From contig OZ024742.1 in assembly GCA_964016885.1 (NCBI GenBank), forward strand, positions 361,646,001-361,710,000: a stretch of DNA of 64,000 bases, written 5' to 3'. The notes beneath the pieces were generated by a model, which searched no databases, was not told where the DNA came from, and saw only the letters and a program-made list of their open reading frames with translations. Source of the DNA: Eledone cirrhosa (Eukaryota). The position numbers were made by a program, and so were the translations under genes. Of the stretch, positions 11,263-25,548 are shown in pieces (the first letter of the stretch is position 1; each line of letters starts with the position of its first letter).

Positions 11263-11871
11263 GTATATATATATTTATATATATATATATATGTATATAT
11301 ATATAAGTATATATATATGTATATATGTATATATATGTATATATATATGTATGTATATATGAATATATATATATGTATATATGTATATATATATGCATAT
11401 ATGTATATGTATATATATGTGTATGTATATATGTGTATGTATATATATATATGTATGTATATATATATATGTATATATATATGTATATATGTATATGTAT
11501 ATATGTATATATGTATATATGTATATGTATATATGTATGTATATGTATAAATATATATGTATAAATATATATGTATATATATATATGTATATATATATAT
11601 GTATATATATATATGTTTATATATATATGTATATATATATATGTATATATATGTATGTATATATATATATATGTATATATGTATATATATGTATGTATAT
11701 ATATATGTATGTATATATATGTATATGTATGTATATATATATGTATGTATATATATGTATATGTATGTATGTATATGTATGTATATATATATGTATGTAT
11801 ATATATATATGTATGTATATATATGTATATGTATGTATATATATATGTATATGTATGTATGTATATTTATG

Positions 11872-11921
<50 letters not shown>

Positions 11922-12237
11922 TATGTATGTATGTATATATATATGTGTATATATGTGTATATATATGTATATATATGTGTGTATATATATGTATATATAT
12001 ATATGTATATATATGTATATGTATATATATGTGTATATATATGTATATATATATGTGTATATATATGTATATATATATGTGTATGTATATATATGTATAT
12101 ATATATATGTATGTATATATGTGTATAATATGTATATGTCTATATATATGTATGTATATATATGTATATATGTATATATGTGCATAATATGTATATATCT
12201 ATATATATGTATGTATATATGTATATATGTATATATA
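11196..12237. repeat. Degenerate (TA)n/(TATG)n array, ~1 kb
   Basis: Direct reading. Confidence 0.95.
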
Positions 12238-14259
12238 TCACTAGAGATTATACATCACTAGAGATTAAAAAACATAACCTCCAAAACAACATAATGTCCC
12301 TCATCAACAATCAGAGAAGAGCTGAAGAGGCCTGGGCCATTGAGAAGATCAAACTCAATCCCAAAGTGTTCTTTTCATTTGCAAAAAAACACAAAATCAC
12401 TGGCTCTACTGTTGGCCCTCTAATTGATGAAAATGGCACTCTTCAAGACAATGCTAAAACCATGGGTGAGATACTGCAGAAACAATACTGCTCTGTTTTC
12501 AGCAATCCTGATATGGCCGATCTGGGCTGTATCGGCGATGTTACTCCCCATTACACCTTATCGGACATAACGTTTGGCGCCCCTGATGTCTTGGCGGCAA
12601 TAAAGGAAATCAAGCATAATTCAGCAGTAGGTCCCGATAGGTTCCCTGCTTGTGTCTTGAAGGCGTGTCAACACCAACTTGCATCTCCTCTTGCCAATCT
12701 GTGGCGGAACTCACTGGATGCTGGATATGTGCCAGAAAACCTTCTATCCCAGTCTGTTGTCCCAGTTTTCAAAAAGGGAAACAAATCCCTTGCCGTGAAT
12801 TACCGTCCAATCTCACTCACCTCTCATATCCTTAAGGTATTTGAGAGAGTGGTGAGATCGCGAATGACCCACTTCCTTGAGAGTAACAATATGCTGAACT
12901 CCAACCAGCATGGATTCCGTAATGGAAGGGATTGCCTGACGCAGCTACTGCATCACTTTGATGTCATTTTGAGAGCCTTGGGAGAGGGTTCCAACACTGA
13001 TGTTATCTACCTTGATTTCAGCAAGGCCTTTGACAGGGTTGATCATAACATTCTACTGAGAAAGCTGTCCAATATTGGTGTCACTGGAAAGCTGCTGCAG
13101 TGGATCAAGAGCTTCCTGTCAAACAGAACCCAACATGTTGTAGTTGAGGGAGTCAAATCAAGCCCAGCCAAAGTCAGTAGTGGGGTCCCACAAGGCACTG
13201 TGTTGGGCCCACTTCTCTTCATCATCTATATTAATGACATCACTGACATCATCAAACACAGCAACATTAAAATTTTCGTTGATGATTCCAAGCTCCAAAA
13301 GGTCATCAATGGCGTGGATGACCGGATAAGCCTTCAGTCAGACCTACTGGCTGTTACCCAATGGGCAGTAAAGAACAACATGTTACTGAACGAAGACAAA
13401 TTCGAACTGATCCACTTTGGAAAAGAGGATGCTCTGAAACTCCCGTACTCCCTTCCCTCCGGGGAAACTCTCGTGGCATCTAACAACATCAGAGACTTGG
13501 GAGTAACCGTGGACAGCAACATAAGCTGGACCACGCATATAAGCAGCAAAGTTGACATGGCCCGCAGAACGTGTTCCTGGATCCTCAGAACCTTCCAGTC
13601 GAGAGATTCCCGCACCATTATCCTTCTCTTCTCTACTTTTGCCCGACCACACCTTGAATACTGTTGTCCACTGTGGTCTCCCCACACGAAACAAAGTATC
13701 ATGAAACTTGAAGCTCCTCAAAGGGCAATCACGAAAAAGATAGATGGCATGTCAGACCTTGACTACTGGGGTCGATTAGAAAAGCTGAAACTTTACTCAC
13801 TCCAACGTCGCCGTGAGCGTTATATTATCTGCATGATGTGGAAAATGTTCCATCATCACTGCCCAAATGATGTTGGCATCGCCTTCAAGATACACCCAAG
13901 GCTTGGGCCCCGTGCTATCCGTCCCATTCAAAAATCTAAATCGCAACTCATAACAACAATACGGCACAATTATTTCACCTCAGTCGGCCCTGCTCTCTTC
14001 AACATCACACCAGGACACGTCAAAACAGAAACTGACCACACAAAATTCAAGAAGTCTTTGGACAAATTCCTCCAAGTAATCCCGGACAAACCACCCACAC
14101 CCGGATATGTCTCCGCAAACAGTAATTCTCTTCTCGAATGGGCCATGGTGCCCAAATCCTGAATTGAAAGACTTCGCCAGGTGGTGCTATTAAGTTAGAC
14201 ATGGCCTGGGCCAATACTGGCCAAAACATTTCAAAGTTATTCAAAGTTATTCAAAGTTA
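12238..14259 (+). mobile_element. CR1-group LINE family F, 5'-truncated (RT, FVDD variant)
   Basis: [44 protein letters not shown]; tail (TTCAAAGTTA)3. Confidence 0.92.
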
Positions 14260-14287
14260 TATATATATGTATATATATATATATAAA

Positions 14288-14353
<66 letters not shown>

Positions 14354-14354
14354 C

Positions 14355-14496
<142 letters not shown>

Positions 14497-14744
14497 CAGT
14501 TTGACAAGCGCACCTCAGCGTGAAAGGTCTTTCTAAAAACGAAACAATACCTCCTACGTTAACCAAGAACTCCTAAGACCTAACCAACAACCAACAACTT
14601 AATTTATAAAATAATTTTTTTTAAGAAAAATTCTTTTTGGATTTTGTGAAGAAAATAAATTTGTTGAAATCACAAGTGAAGCCATTTTTTCTTCCCCCCT
14701 GTCTTAATATACCTAACTGTACCAAGGATTACACAGATTTTCCA

Positions 14745-14809
14745 ATATATATATATATGTATATATATATGTATATATATATGTATATATATATATGTAT
14801 ATATATATG

Positions 14810-14847
<38 letters not shown>

Positions 14848-14914
14848 CATATATATATATGTACATATATATATATGTATATATATATATGTATATATAT
14901 ATAGATATATATAC

Positions 14915-14964
<50 letters not shown>

Positions 14965-15042
14965 GTATATATATATATGTATATATGTATATATATATTA
15001 TACGTATATATATATATACATATATATATGTATATATATACG

Positions 15043-15125
<83 letters not shown>

Positions 15126-15316
15126 GTATATATATATGTATATATATATATGTATATATATGTATATATACATATATATATATGTATAATGAAAAATTGA
15201 AGAGGGACAGAACAGAGAGGCAGTACGATAAATGTTTATTAAATTCACGCTCAGGAGAGTGGGGTTAGGTATGTATATATACATATATATATATATGTAT
15301 ATGTATATATATATAC

Positions 15317-15349
<33 letters not shown>

Positions 15350-15368
15350 CATACATAACATATATATG

Positions 15369-15444
<76 letters not shown>

Positions 15445-15458
15445 CATATATATATATG

Positions 15459-15490
<32 letters not shown>

Positions 15491-15550
15491 CATATATATA
15501 TATATGTATATATATATATATGTATATATATATATACATATATATATATG

Positions 15551-15596
<46 letters not shown>

Positions 15597-15597
15597 C

Positions 15598-15644
<47 letters not shown>

Positions 15645-15645
15645 C

Positions 15646-15706
<61 letters not shown>

Positions 15707-15767
15707 TATATAGGTATATATATGTATATATGTATGTATATGTATATATATATATACACATATATAT

Positions 15768-15815
<48 letters not shown>
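14745..15815. repeat. Degenerate (TA)n array with an 80-bp insert at 15190-15270
   Basis: Direct reading. Confidence 0.9.
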
Positions 15816-15819
<4 letters not shown>

Positions 15820-16022
15820 AAAACCACAGACCCTCCATCTCAACCCACCTTTTGAAAAGCAGAAGAACTGCGAAACCGGTAAAGGAACCAAATAAATATA
15901 TATATTTTTAAAAAAAATAAGACTCCAGTTGCATTTTCGATTTCATCTCTTTTTCTTTATACTTTCACTCGTGTAGGACACTTCGGTTATTTTTCATTTT
16001 GTAAAAAAAACCTCACTTTCTA

Positions 16023-16023
<1 letters not shown>
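15816..16023 (+). mobile_element. Family C copy with U3-A8 hammerhead at 15848-15885
   Basis: Reverse complement of 8948-9156. Confidence 0.75.
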
Positions 16024-16054
<31 letters not shown>

Positions 16055-16428
16055 GGGTAAATATCTTTAAGTCGTCTGGAAGCCTCGACAATGCAAATGG
16101 GTAAATCTCCGGGTAACAAGATCCGGGGGTGAAGAGATGTAAGTGGGTGTACGTTGAGATGCGTGGTGTGTATAAGACGTGTAGAGGAATGAAGGAAAGA
16201 GTATAAAGGATAAAATAAAAATAACAACACGAGAGAGAGTTACCTTGGGAGAGATTTAATTGTCCCTATATATTTCGGATTCACATCCATCAACTGGGGT
16301 TTTTTTCGGGGTGGGGGAAAGGTTGTCTGTCGGAAAAGTGCGAAACGCGTCCTCCGCTGTTTGTTGTTACCCGGAGATTTACCCATTTGCATTGTCGACG
16401 CTTCCAAACGACTTAAAGATATTTACCT
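16055..16428. mobile_element. Short element with ~65-bp inverted ends and a decayed hammerhead (16264-16299, minus)
   Basis: ggtaaatatctttaagtcgt..ccgggtaacaa / ttgttacccgg..acgacttaaagatatttacc; ccc-CAGTTGA-t-ggat/gtga/atcc-GAAA-tata-TA-ggg. Confidence 0.6.
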
Positions 16429-16499
16429 ATTATTCCACAATGCTTCAAGCAAACTTCAATACTCTCTTATATATATATGTTATATATATATATATATGT

Positions 16500-16670
<171 letters not shown>

Positions 16671-16691
16671 GTATATATATGTATATATATG

Positions 16692-16722
<31 letters not shown>

Positions 16723-16772
16723 GTATATATATATGTATATATATATATATATATATGTATAAATATATGTAT

Positions 16773-16848
16773 AAGGTTGTGAGTTCGATTCCTGGACCAG
16801 GTGATGCGTTATGTCCTTGAGCAAGACACTTTATTTCACGTTGCTCCT
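16773..16848 (+). mobile_element. tRNA-derived CORE-type SINE fragment
   Basis: B-box gagttcgattcc followed by gtccttgagcaagacacttt (CORE-like). Confidence 0.7.
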
Positions 16849-17021
16849 TGTACCTGGAGTTGCGACCGATAGATACTATTAGCAATTGGAAAGACCAACG
16901 CAAACATTGTTCCCTCGGTCCGATTTGACGAAAGTCGATCGTTCCTTTTTTTATGTATATATATATATATATGTATATATATATGTATATATATATATAT
17001 ATATATGTATGTATATATATA

Positions 17022-17136
<115 letters not shown>

Positions 17137-17203
17137 ATGTATATATGTATGTATATATATATGTATATGTGTACATATATGTATCATTATCTATAAAAGG
17201 CAG

Positions 17204-17387
17204 TGGCCGTGGATTGGCAGCATCGGTAGAGGGTCGGACGCCATGCTTTCCAGCATAGTTACGTCCCTTTACGATCTGAGTTCAAATCCCGCCGAGGTTG
17301 ACTTTGCCTTTCATCCTTACGGGGTCGATAAAATAAAGTACCAGTAATGAACTGGTGATTGCTGGCCTTGTGCCTAAAGTAGAAACA
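17204..17387 (+). mobile_element. tRNA-derived SINE with Nin/Deu-like domain (octopus OR-type), internally shortened
   Basis: tggcagcatcggtag A-box-like; gagttcaaatcc B-box; gaggttgactttgcctttcatcc..ggggtcgataaaat..gtaccag; flanked by 18-bp direct repeat attatctataaaaggcag. Confidence 0.75.
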
Positions 17388-17796
17388 ATTATCTATAAAA
17401 GGCAGATTTTTGTGTCTGTATGTATGTTTCAATTTTATACATTTACACAATTCCAAAATATTGAATGAATAATTAAGCAGAATGTTTACAAATATTCTAA
17501 CTTGGGTCATGGGCGAACTTATTGGGTAAAAAATGCATCTCTCATATGATATACGTTTCCTATATCTACTCCCATTCATCACCTCCCCTTAAAATTGCTA
17601 CCTTCTCTTATAAGTGTTTGTGAAAAAGAGAAACATTGAAAAAAAACATATACACACATATATGTGGGTGCATACACACACATATATGTTGGTATGGTTA
17701 CGATTGACGTCATAGAAACAGGAACGCGGGAATTCCAATCAATCAACGCATACACAGTTTGTTTTAGAAATAACAATAGCATATAATGATAAAGAG

Positions 17797-18043
17797 ATCG
17801 GCCTTACACTTTCAAACTAAATTTTTCTGTATAAGTAACTCTAACCCTTTATTTTCGACATAAAAATACACACATACATACAAATACCTGCACATTTTTT
17901 TTGGGGGGGGGGGGCTTTCTTATCAATCTTTTTACATTCAATTATCAGCCTTATACTTTCAAAATCAATTTTTATGTTGAAGTAACTTTCAACCTTTAAT
18001 ACATACATACATACATACATACATACATACATACATACATACA

Positions 18044-18075
<32 letters not shown>

Positions 18076-18325
18076 CACACATACATACAAATACCTGTAC
18101 ATTTTTTTTTGGGGGGGGGCTTTCTTATCAATCTTTTTACATTCAATTATCAGCCTTATACTTTCAAAGTCAAATTTTATGTTGAAGTAACTTTCACCCT
18201 TTATTTTTTGATACCCATTTACTTACTAACATTTGTATCACAACAACAATAACAATATTCATAAACAGACAGTAGACTTTCAAAGTCAATTTTTCTGTAG
18301 AAGTAACTTTCACCCTTTCTTTTGG
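17797..18325 (+). repeat. Imperfect tandem repeats and (CATA)n in the Helitron 5' region
   Basis: Recurrent ctttcaaagtcaattt..gaagtaactttcaccc units. Confidence 0.7.
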
Positions 18326-18332
18326 ACATAAA

Positions 18333-20351
18333 ATGCCACCTAAAAAGAGAAGTCGCAATACTGCGTCAGCAGTGGCGCAAAAGGCTACGATAGCAAGCGA
18401 GTCCTCTGAGGAAAATGCTTCAAGACTTTCACAGACAGCCTTACGTTCAGCAGAATGTCGAGCCGCTGAAAGTTTCCAACAGCTCACCGCACGCCTAGCC
18501 AAAATGGCTTCATACCAGGCTTCTTCAAGGGCTTCAGAGAGCCGTGAACAAAGGTCGAAGCGCCTGGCTAGAAACGCTGCGACTAATGCTGCTTCTAGGT
18601 CTTCGGAACGTTTAAAACAACGGGCGGCTCGCCTTCCTACGGACGCTGCGGCTATGACTACTTCCATGGCTTCTGAAGATGCAGACGGGCGGTCCATTAG
18701 CATTGCAAATGTTGCTTCTGCTATTGCTGCCAGACCTTCCCACCAACCACACGACCAATGTTCTACGTTCAAGCGTAACAGTCGACGACGAGAAGCTGCA
18801 CGCGGTGTGACGAGCCCCAACAGCCCTTACTGGCACCTACGGGCTTTCAAGTATGAGCAAAACGTTAATTACTCGATGTGCTCTGACATAAATATAGGCG
18901 AGATGCGCTTCAATTGCCAATTCTGCAATGCTACAAAGTGGGCTGGGCAGCCACCTGCAATGTGCTGCTTAAACGGTAACGTCACCTTGCCCCCTCTTCC
19001 GGAACCGCCAGAGCCTTTGAAGGAACTACTGACTGGTTATACCTCAAGGTCAAAAAAGAAAAACACGGATCACCCCAATAAAAAAAGCTCCTGGGGGTAC
19101 CGGAAAAACTTTTGTAACGAATTTGATTCTCGCTAAGATTCGTCAGGTGAAAAAAGTTGCGTTGTCCGTTGCATCGTCCGGGATCGCTGCTACTTTGCTG
19201 CCGGGAGGCAGGACAGCACATTCAACCTTTAAACTCCCTTTGGATTTAGTAAAAACTGAGACACGAACATGCAATATCAGCAAGAGTTCACACAAAGCTC
19301 TGGTTCTCAAAAGATGTTGCCTCATTGTTTGGGATGAGTGTACAATGGCACACAAGGGTGCCCTTGAGGCATTGGACAAGACCCGGAAAGACATTAGGGA
19401 TTCTAGGGCTCCTATGGGTGGCGTAACCCTTCTGCTATCAGCGGATTTTCGGAAAATGCTGCCTGTCATCCCCAAATGGACAAGAGCTGAGGAAGTGCGT
19501 GCCTGTCTTAAGTCGTCCATGTTGTGGCTCCAGGTGAATAGTTTGTACCTGAGCACAAATATGCATGCTCATTTGCATGGTGACAACATGTCTGCAGCAC
19601 AGAACATTTTAGCACTTGGTGAGGGCAAGATCCCTGCGAATGACAAGGGCGGCATAGCAATCGACACCCTGTGCAACATTGTTAGCAGCCCCTTCTGACC
19701 TTTGGGAAGCAGTTTTTCTTAATGTCTCATCTAACTTTAAAAACCTCGATTGGCTCAGCGAAAGAGCCATCCTTGCTCCGAAAAATACCATGGTAATTTT
19801 ATTAACGAGCAGCTGATTGAGAAGATTCCCGGTAAAGAGCACATCTTCAAATCAGACCCCGACGATATCGTTAATTATCCGGTTGAGTTATTAAATCTCC
19901 TTGAGCCCCCACGGCTCCCACCTCACATTATTCTTAAGCTTAGGGTTGGCTGTCCCATTATGCTAATAAGGAACTTGCGTCCACCAAAGCAGTGCAACGG
20001 TACTCGCATGGTCGTCAAGTCACTGACACCCACCTGATTGAGGCCACCATTGTAACGGGGTGCGGAAGAGGGGAGAATGTTTTCATTCCAAGGATGAACC
20101 TTTTCTCCTCGGCGTCAGATATCCCGTTCGATTTCCGACGATCCCAATTCCCGGTGAGACCATGTTTTGCCATGTCCATTAACAAGTCACAAGGACAAAC
20201 ATTGTCGGTGGCGGGCATCCATTTGGAGGAGCCATGCTTCTCCCATGGCCAACTATATGTTGCCTGTTCCCGCGCAGGGAGCAGGAATGAAATTTTTGCT
20301 TACTCTCCTCAAGGGATGACACGCAATATCGTCTACAAAGAGGTGCTATAG
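18333..20351 (+). pseudogene. Helitron RepHel remnant: N-terminal region fused to PIF1-family helicase
   Basis: CQFCNATKW..MCCLNGNVTLPPL; APGGTGKTF (~19088-19113); SSGIAATLLPGGRTAHS; WDECTM; FAMSINKSQGQT; HGQLYVACSR. Confidence 0.88.
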
Positions 20352-20692
20352 ATGTTGGTGCAGGTGCTATAGATGTTGGTGCTATGCCGTCTGGAACACT
20401 ATTTCCTGGTAGGGTATCCCATGGCGGACAGATCTGACACCCAGCAGCATCAGGGCCACCATCTTGCAACTTTGGTCTACTAAATTCGCTGTTGGAGGAT
20501 TATTAACCCATCATTGATTGACCAAAATACTAATTGGTTCGTAACTTTTAATAACCGGTTCAACTGCTTTATGCAGTTAATTGATAAGCTTATTCGCTTT
20601 CAAACCACGTTTACCTGTATGTAACTTTTCATAGCAAATGAACAAACCCGAGCAACGCCGGGCTAAACTGCTAGTATATATATATATGTATG

Positions 20693-20741
<49 letters not shown>

Positions 20742-20742
20742 G

Positions 20743-20773
<31 letters not shown>

Positions 20774-20834
20774 GTATATATATGTATATATATATATGTA
20801 TATATATATATATGTATGTATATATATATGTATG

Positions 20835-20865
<31 letters not shown>

Positions 20866-20950
20866 GTATATATATATGTATATATGTATATATATATGTA
20901 TGTATATATGTATATATATATATGTATGTATATATGTATGTATATATATA

Positions 20951-21019
20951 TGTCTCTGTGCAAGACATTTTAGATCATTGGCTGGGCTAAAAAGCCACAT
21001 TCGATCGCTGTTAGTTGCT

Positions 21020-21058
<39 letters not shown>

Positions 21059-21274
21059 GCTTATGTGTGTGCGTGTGTGTGTATATATATATGTATATGT
21101 ATATAAATTATTGTTGTTGTCGTTATTATTATTGTTGTTATTATTATTATTATTATTATTATTGTTATTAATGTATGTGTGTGTGTATATGTGTGTGTGA
21201 GTATGTGTGTGTGTGTATATATGTATGAATATGTATGTATATATATATATATATATTTCTTTTTTTTCTTCTTT

Positions 21275-21305
<31 letters not shown>

Positions 21306-21354
21306 CTTTCTCCTCGTGCAATGGCCATACTCGATAACGAGGGGGCAGCCATCA
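20951..21354 (+). mobile_element. RTE 3'-end remnant interrupted by microsatellites
   Basis: [19 protein letters not shown] zinc-finger piece and atggccatactcgataacgagggggcagccatc terminus like 31698-31730. Confidence 0.55.
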
Positions 21355-21418
21355 TATATATATGTATATGTATATATGTATGTATGTATATATATGTATA
21401 TATATATATATATGTATG

Positions 21419-21607
<189 letters not shown>

Positions 21608-21630
21608 GTATATGTATATATATATGTATG

Positions 21631-21661
<31 letters not shown>

Positions 21662-21725
21662 GTATGTATATATATATATGTATGTATATATATATATGTA
21701 TATGTATATATATATGTATGTATAT

Positions 21726-21838
21726 TTAATGCGATGAAATACCAATGATGGTTGGCAAATCACTGATGAGGGACTAATTTTATAATATGTAATCCATGTG
21801 CAACCATGCAGTATTCTTCTCCCCTTGTTTTTCGTACA
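21726..21838 (+). repeat. Short repeat fragment, related copy at 54768-54840
   Basis: Shared ggactaattttat.atatgtaa.ccatgtgcaacca.gca.tattcttct. Confidence 0.6.
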
Positions 21839-21921
21839 TATATATATATACATACATATATACATATATATATATACATACATATATATATATATATATA
21901 CATATACTTATATATATATAC

Positions 21922-22087
<166 letters not shown>

Positions 22088-22088
22088 T

Positions 22089-22135
<47 letters not shown>

Positions 22136-22295
22136 GGAGGAGGTTATAGTTCACTTGAAGCATTGTGTAATGAGGTATAAACGTTAGAATATGTGTAATA
22201 AGGCCAAGACAATGCAGATATGGACATAGAAAAAGAATGCAATAGTGAGAGATATTGGTGAGAATTAGTCTTTCACCTTGAATTTATTTAAATGT

Positions 22296-22330
22296 CCTTA
22301 ATTTTCGAGATAATATCTCTTCTTCGGAGG
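22296..22330 (-). ncRNA. Ultra-minimal hammerhead variant (U4C), PLE3 3' pLTR
   Basis: cct-CCGAAGA-a-gagat/att/atctc-GAA-AATT-A-agg. Confidence 0.55.
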
Positions 22331-22703
22331 GAAGTAAAAGTCTCAGACCAGCGTCTAAATTTCCAATGAAGCCATGCTGACCGGAAATAGTATAGAGTTC
22401 TAACTTTAATATCAAAGTATTAAAATTAGGTGGGTAAAGAGTAGTCTCCCTTTAAGAGGGGTTTGTTTATGTTTTTGTTGTGTTATGTAAATTTTATATG
22501 CGTGCCTGTATGTGTGGGAGAAAGCATGAAGGTGTAGGTATGTGTGTGTGTGTGAGTGTGGGAAGATAGGTCTAATCGTAAAAGTGGGGGGTAGGTGTTA
22601 TCTGGTGTTAGAACTGGTTTTGTGTGTGTATGTGTGAGAGAGAATAAGTGGGGGTGTGTGCGTGCGTGTGTGTGGGGTGTGTAAAGTGGGGCTAGAGGCC
22701 CTA

Positions 22704-25285
22704 TCAGGTTATAAATTGGGTGTTGAGCTCTAGTCTATTATTGATTGGTGGATGTGTTCTATCTATAATGAGTGCTTCCTTGATTCTAAGATTACCGAGG
22801 TTTCTTTCTTTAGTTTCTATCCTAACTGTTATGTTTTTATCAGTGTTTTTGCATTTAACTAGGTGTTTCTTAAATGAGGAAGCGTTAGTATTGAGGTGTT
22901 CTTTTATTCTTATGTGGAGTGGTCTGGTGGTGCTACCTACGTAGAAGTTGTTGCATTTGTCACACTCTAGTCTGTAAACTACGTTAGCCTGGTGGCATAG
23001 GTCTGTGTCGTTGATGGGGCAGTTGGCTAGTCTGCAGCAGTTGTCATGTCTGGTGGAGTGTCTCTTAGCTAGCCGTCCACGCAAAGAAGGACCCGAATGG
23101 GCCAGTTGAATATCCAGACCTTCTCGTCTGATGGCTCTGCGGATGGCTGTTGTTGTTTCTTCACTGAAGTGTGGGAGCTTCAGGAAGCAAGTGTTAGTGC
23201 CTCGGGTGTGGTGTCCTCTGTTCTTTCTGGCACGGTTTGTGGTGGATGTCGTGTATCCGTTCAGTTTGAGTACTTCCAGGAAATGTGTGGTGTGTGTGTC
23301 TCGGTCTCTGGCGTCGGTGCATTTGTTCTTGATACGTGCCAGTTCGTTCTTTATGTATCCGAACTTGGCACCGAGTGGGAGGGCCGATCTGAAATGTACG
23401 AACAGGTCCCTGCTGGCGGATTTTTTATAGAAGCAGGTGTGGATGTTGCCTTCCTCTGTTACCCTGAGTTGGAAGTCCAGCAGGGATAGGGATCCGCGGT
23501 CATCGGGGTGTTCAATGCTGAACTTTATACTGGCGTCCATGCTGGAGAATGTTGTGTATATTTTCTCTGCCTCTTCACGGGATGATGTAAGGATGAGTAT
23601 GTCATCTACATATCGGGTGAAGAAGGCATGGGAATGGCAGGTGTTGAGGGCTCGGCATTCTAGCTGGTTCATGTAAGTGATGGCCAGCAGGCCAGAGAGG
23701 CTGGATCCCATGGGTAATCCTGTTGTCTGTCTGTATGTGTGGTGGTGGAAGGTGAAGTACGTGTTGTCTACCGTGAAGGACAAAAGTTGGTGTATGTCCG
23801 TCGGGTGGAGGCCGTAGCAGTGGATGTTCTCTGCGACCACGCAGTCCGTCAATAAATCGACAGCTGGGTGAGCGGGACTGTAGTGTAGAGGGAGACAACG
23901 TCGAGGCTAAAAGCGTATTTATTAAGTTTAAGTTGTTCTGGCTGGAGTTGGTGTAATCTACGTATAACTTCGTCGGAGCTACTGACATGTCCGGGGAAGG
24001 TGGAGAGTAGAGGCTTGAGGACCTGGGAGAGAAGCCAGGAAATTTTGTATAGGGGTCCTTCTATGCTAGAGACGATGGGTCTTATATGCGTCTTAGTGCT
24101 ATTCTTGTGGGTCTTGATGAGGTGGTAGAAAGTGGGCAGTCTGCTATTTCTAGTGGTGTAGTTGAGTTTAATTTTATTCGGGAGTTGTCTTCTCCTACAG
24201 ATATCGAACCAAATGGAGTTGGTCTGTTTTTCGATTTGGGCTGCGGTCATGTCCGGGATCACTGTGTACAGTTCACTGTCGCTTAGGTGTTCGAAGGCTA
24301 GGTTATTGTATGTGGCTTGAGAGATGACGCAGAACTCTTTACCTTTGTCGGATGGTAAGTAAATAAGTTCCTTATTCCGTAGGTTCTTCAGGGCGAGTTG
24401 TTGTGTCCTGGAGAGGTTAGGGGCCATCTTCTTCTGTTTCCGTAAGATGTTAAATACGGAATGTTTTAGTCTCGAGAGTTTATCTTCCAGCTCGCGGTTG
24501 GCGGGCGGTGGATAGAGTGGGCGATCTAGTTGGTATATCGGGAATCTGGGTGTGGTGGATTCCGTGGTGTTGTTGTCGAGAGTCGATATCCATTTCAGTT
24601 GGTAGGCAGCTCGACAGAAATTCGTTTCTATGTCGAGCCATAGTCTGTCGTCCAGTCTCTGTTTCAATATGAACTTGGGACCCAGGCTGAGGAGGTCTAA
24701 TTCCTCTCGGGAGAGGGATCCTGTCAAGTCTGTGACGAGGTGTTTTGCGTCAGGTGTGTTGTTGGTCGGGGTGCCGCTAGGTTCGGTGTTGGTAACGTAT
24801 TGTTCGCCTCTGTTGGTGTTTGGCGTTGGGATGTTGTTAAGACAGTTGGCCGTCCTGAGTTTGAGAAATTTTTGTGTTAGGCGTTTTTTCTCGTAGTCTC
24901 GGCGGTGGTGGTATGACCTGTCTATAGTGGCGGAGATGGCCTTGGACAGAGGTTCTGGGGTTTCAGCGAGTTGTGGTACAAGGCTGGAGATAGTATGTAT
25001 GTGATGTTGTAGCGTGCGGTGTAGGTGTTGTATGAGTTTTCTTAGGCAGAATTTTTGTATGTAACTGAGAGATCGTTTGAGGCCTGGTGAATTGAAGCAT
25101 GTTGGTAGGTGTAAATTTTTGATGGTTTTGGGAATGATGTTGTTGTTCAGGCATCGTTTTAGGAAATTTATTTGGCAGCCGGCTTTGGCGCGCTTTTCAG
25201 ATAGCTGGAAGAGTTTCTTTACAGTTGTGAACTGGGCCTGGCTCAGGCGTAATGAAAGGAGGAGGTTATAGTTCACTTGAAGCAT
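22704..25285 (-). pseudogene. PLE3 RT-GIY-YIG polyprotein, one frameshift near 23850-23870
   Basis: FLKRCLNNNIIPK, LSLGPKF, PSDKG, IRPIVS, SLDVVSLYT | GLPMGS, RYVDD, VVYRLEC..FYVGST..RIKEH. Confidence 0.92.
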
Positions 25286-25417
25286 TGTGTAATGAGGTAT
25301 AAACGTTAGAATATGTGTAATAAGGCCAAGACAATGCAGATATGGACATAGAAAAAGAATGCAATAGTGAGAGATATTGGTGAGAATTAGTCTTTCACCT
25401 TGAATTTATTTAAATGT

Positions 25418-25452
25418 CCTTAATTTTCGAGATAATATCTCTTCTTCGGAGG
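25418..25452 (-). ncRNA. Ultra-minimal hammerhead variant (U4C), PLE3 5' pLTR
   Basis: Identical to 22296-22330. Confidence 0.55.
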
Positions 25453-25548
25453 GAAGTAAAAGTCTCAGACCAGCGTCTAAATTTCCAATGAAGCCATGCT
25501 GACCGGAAATAGTATAGAGTTCTAACTTTAATATCAAAGAATTAAAAT

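Larger units (their letters stand above)
17190..20674 (+). mobile_element. Helitron, internally deleted (Rep/HUH domain missing) and frameshifted
   Basis: 5' A|TC start; 3' hairpin cccgagcaacgccggg + CTAG|T; N-terminal C..C..CC zinc motif; Pif1 helicase motifs. Confidence 0.88.
22136..25548 (-). mobile_element. Penelope-like element family 3, full length with ~290-bp direct pLTRs
   Basis: 22136-22427 repeated at 25258-25548; ORF starts within the pLTR; RT + GIY-YIG. Confidence 0.93.

Noticed and set aside
14638-14684. Hammerhead-like GTGAAGA..GAAAtcacaagtga
   Set aside because: Lacks C3, the UH site and a convincing stem I
21740-21782. CTGATGA motif in a short repeat
   Set aside because: No downstream GAAA or consistent stems
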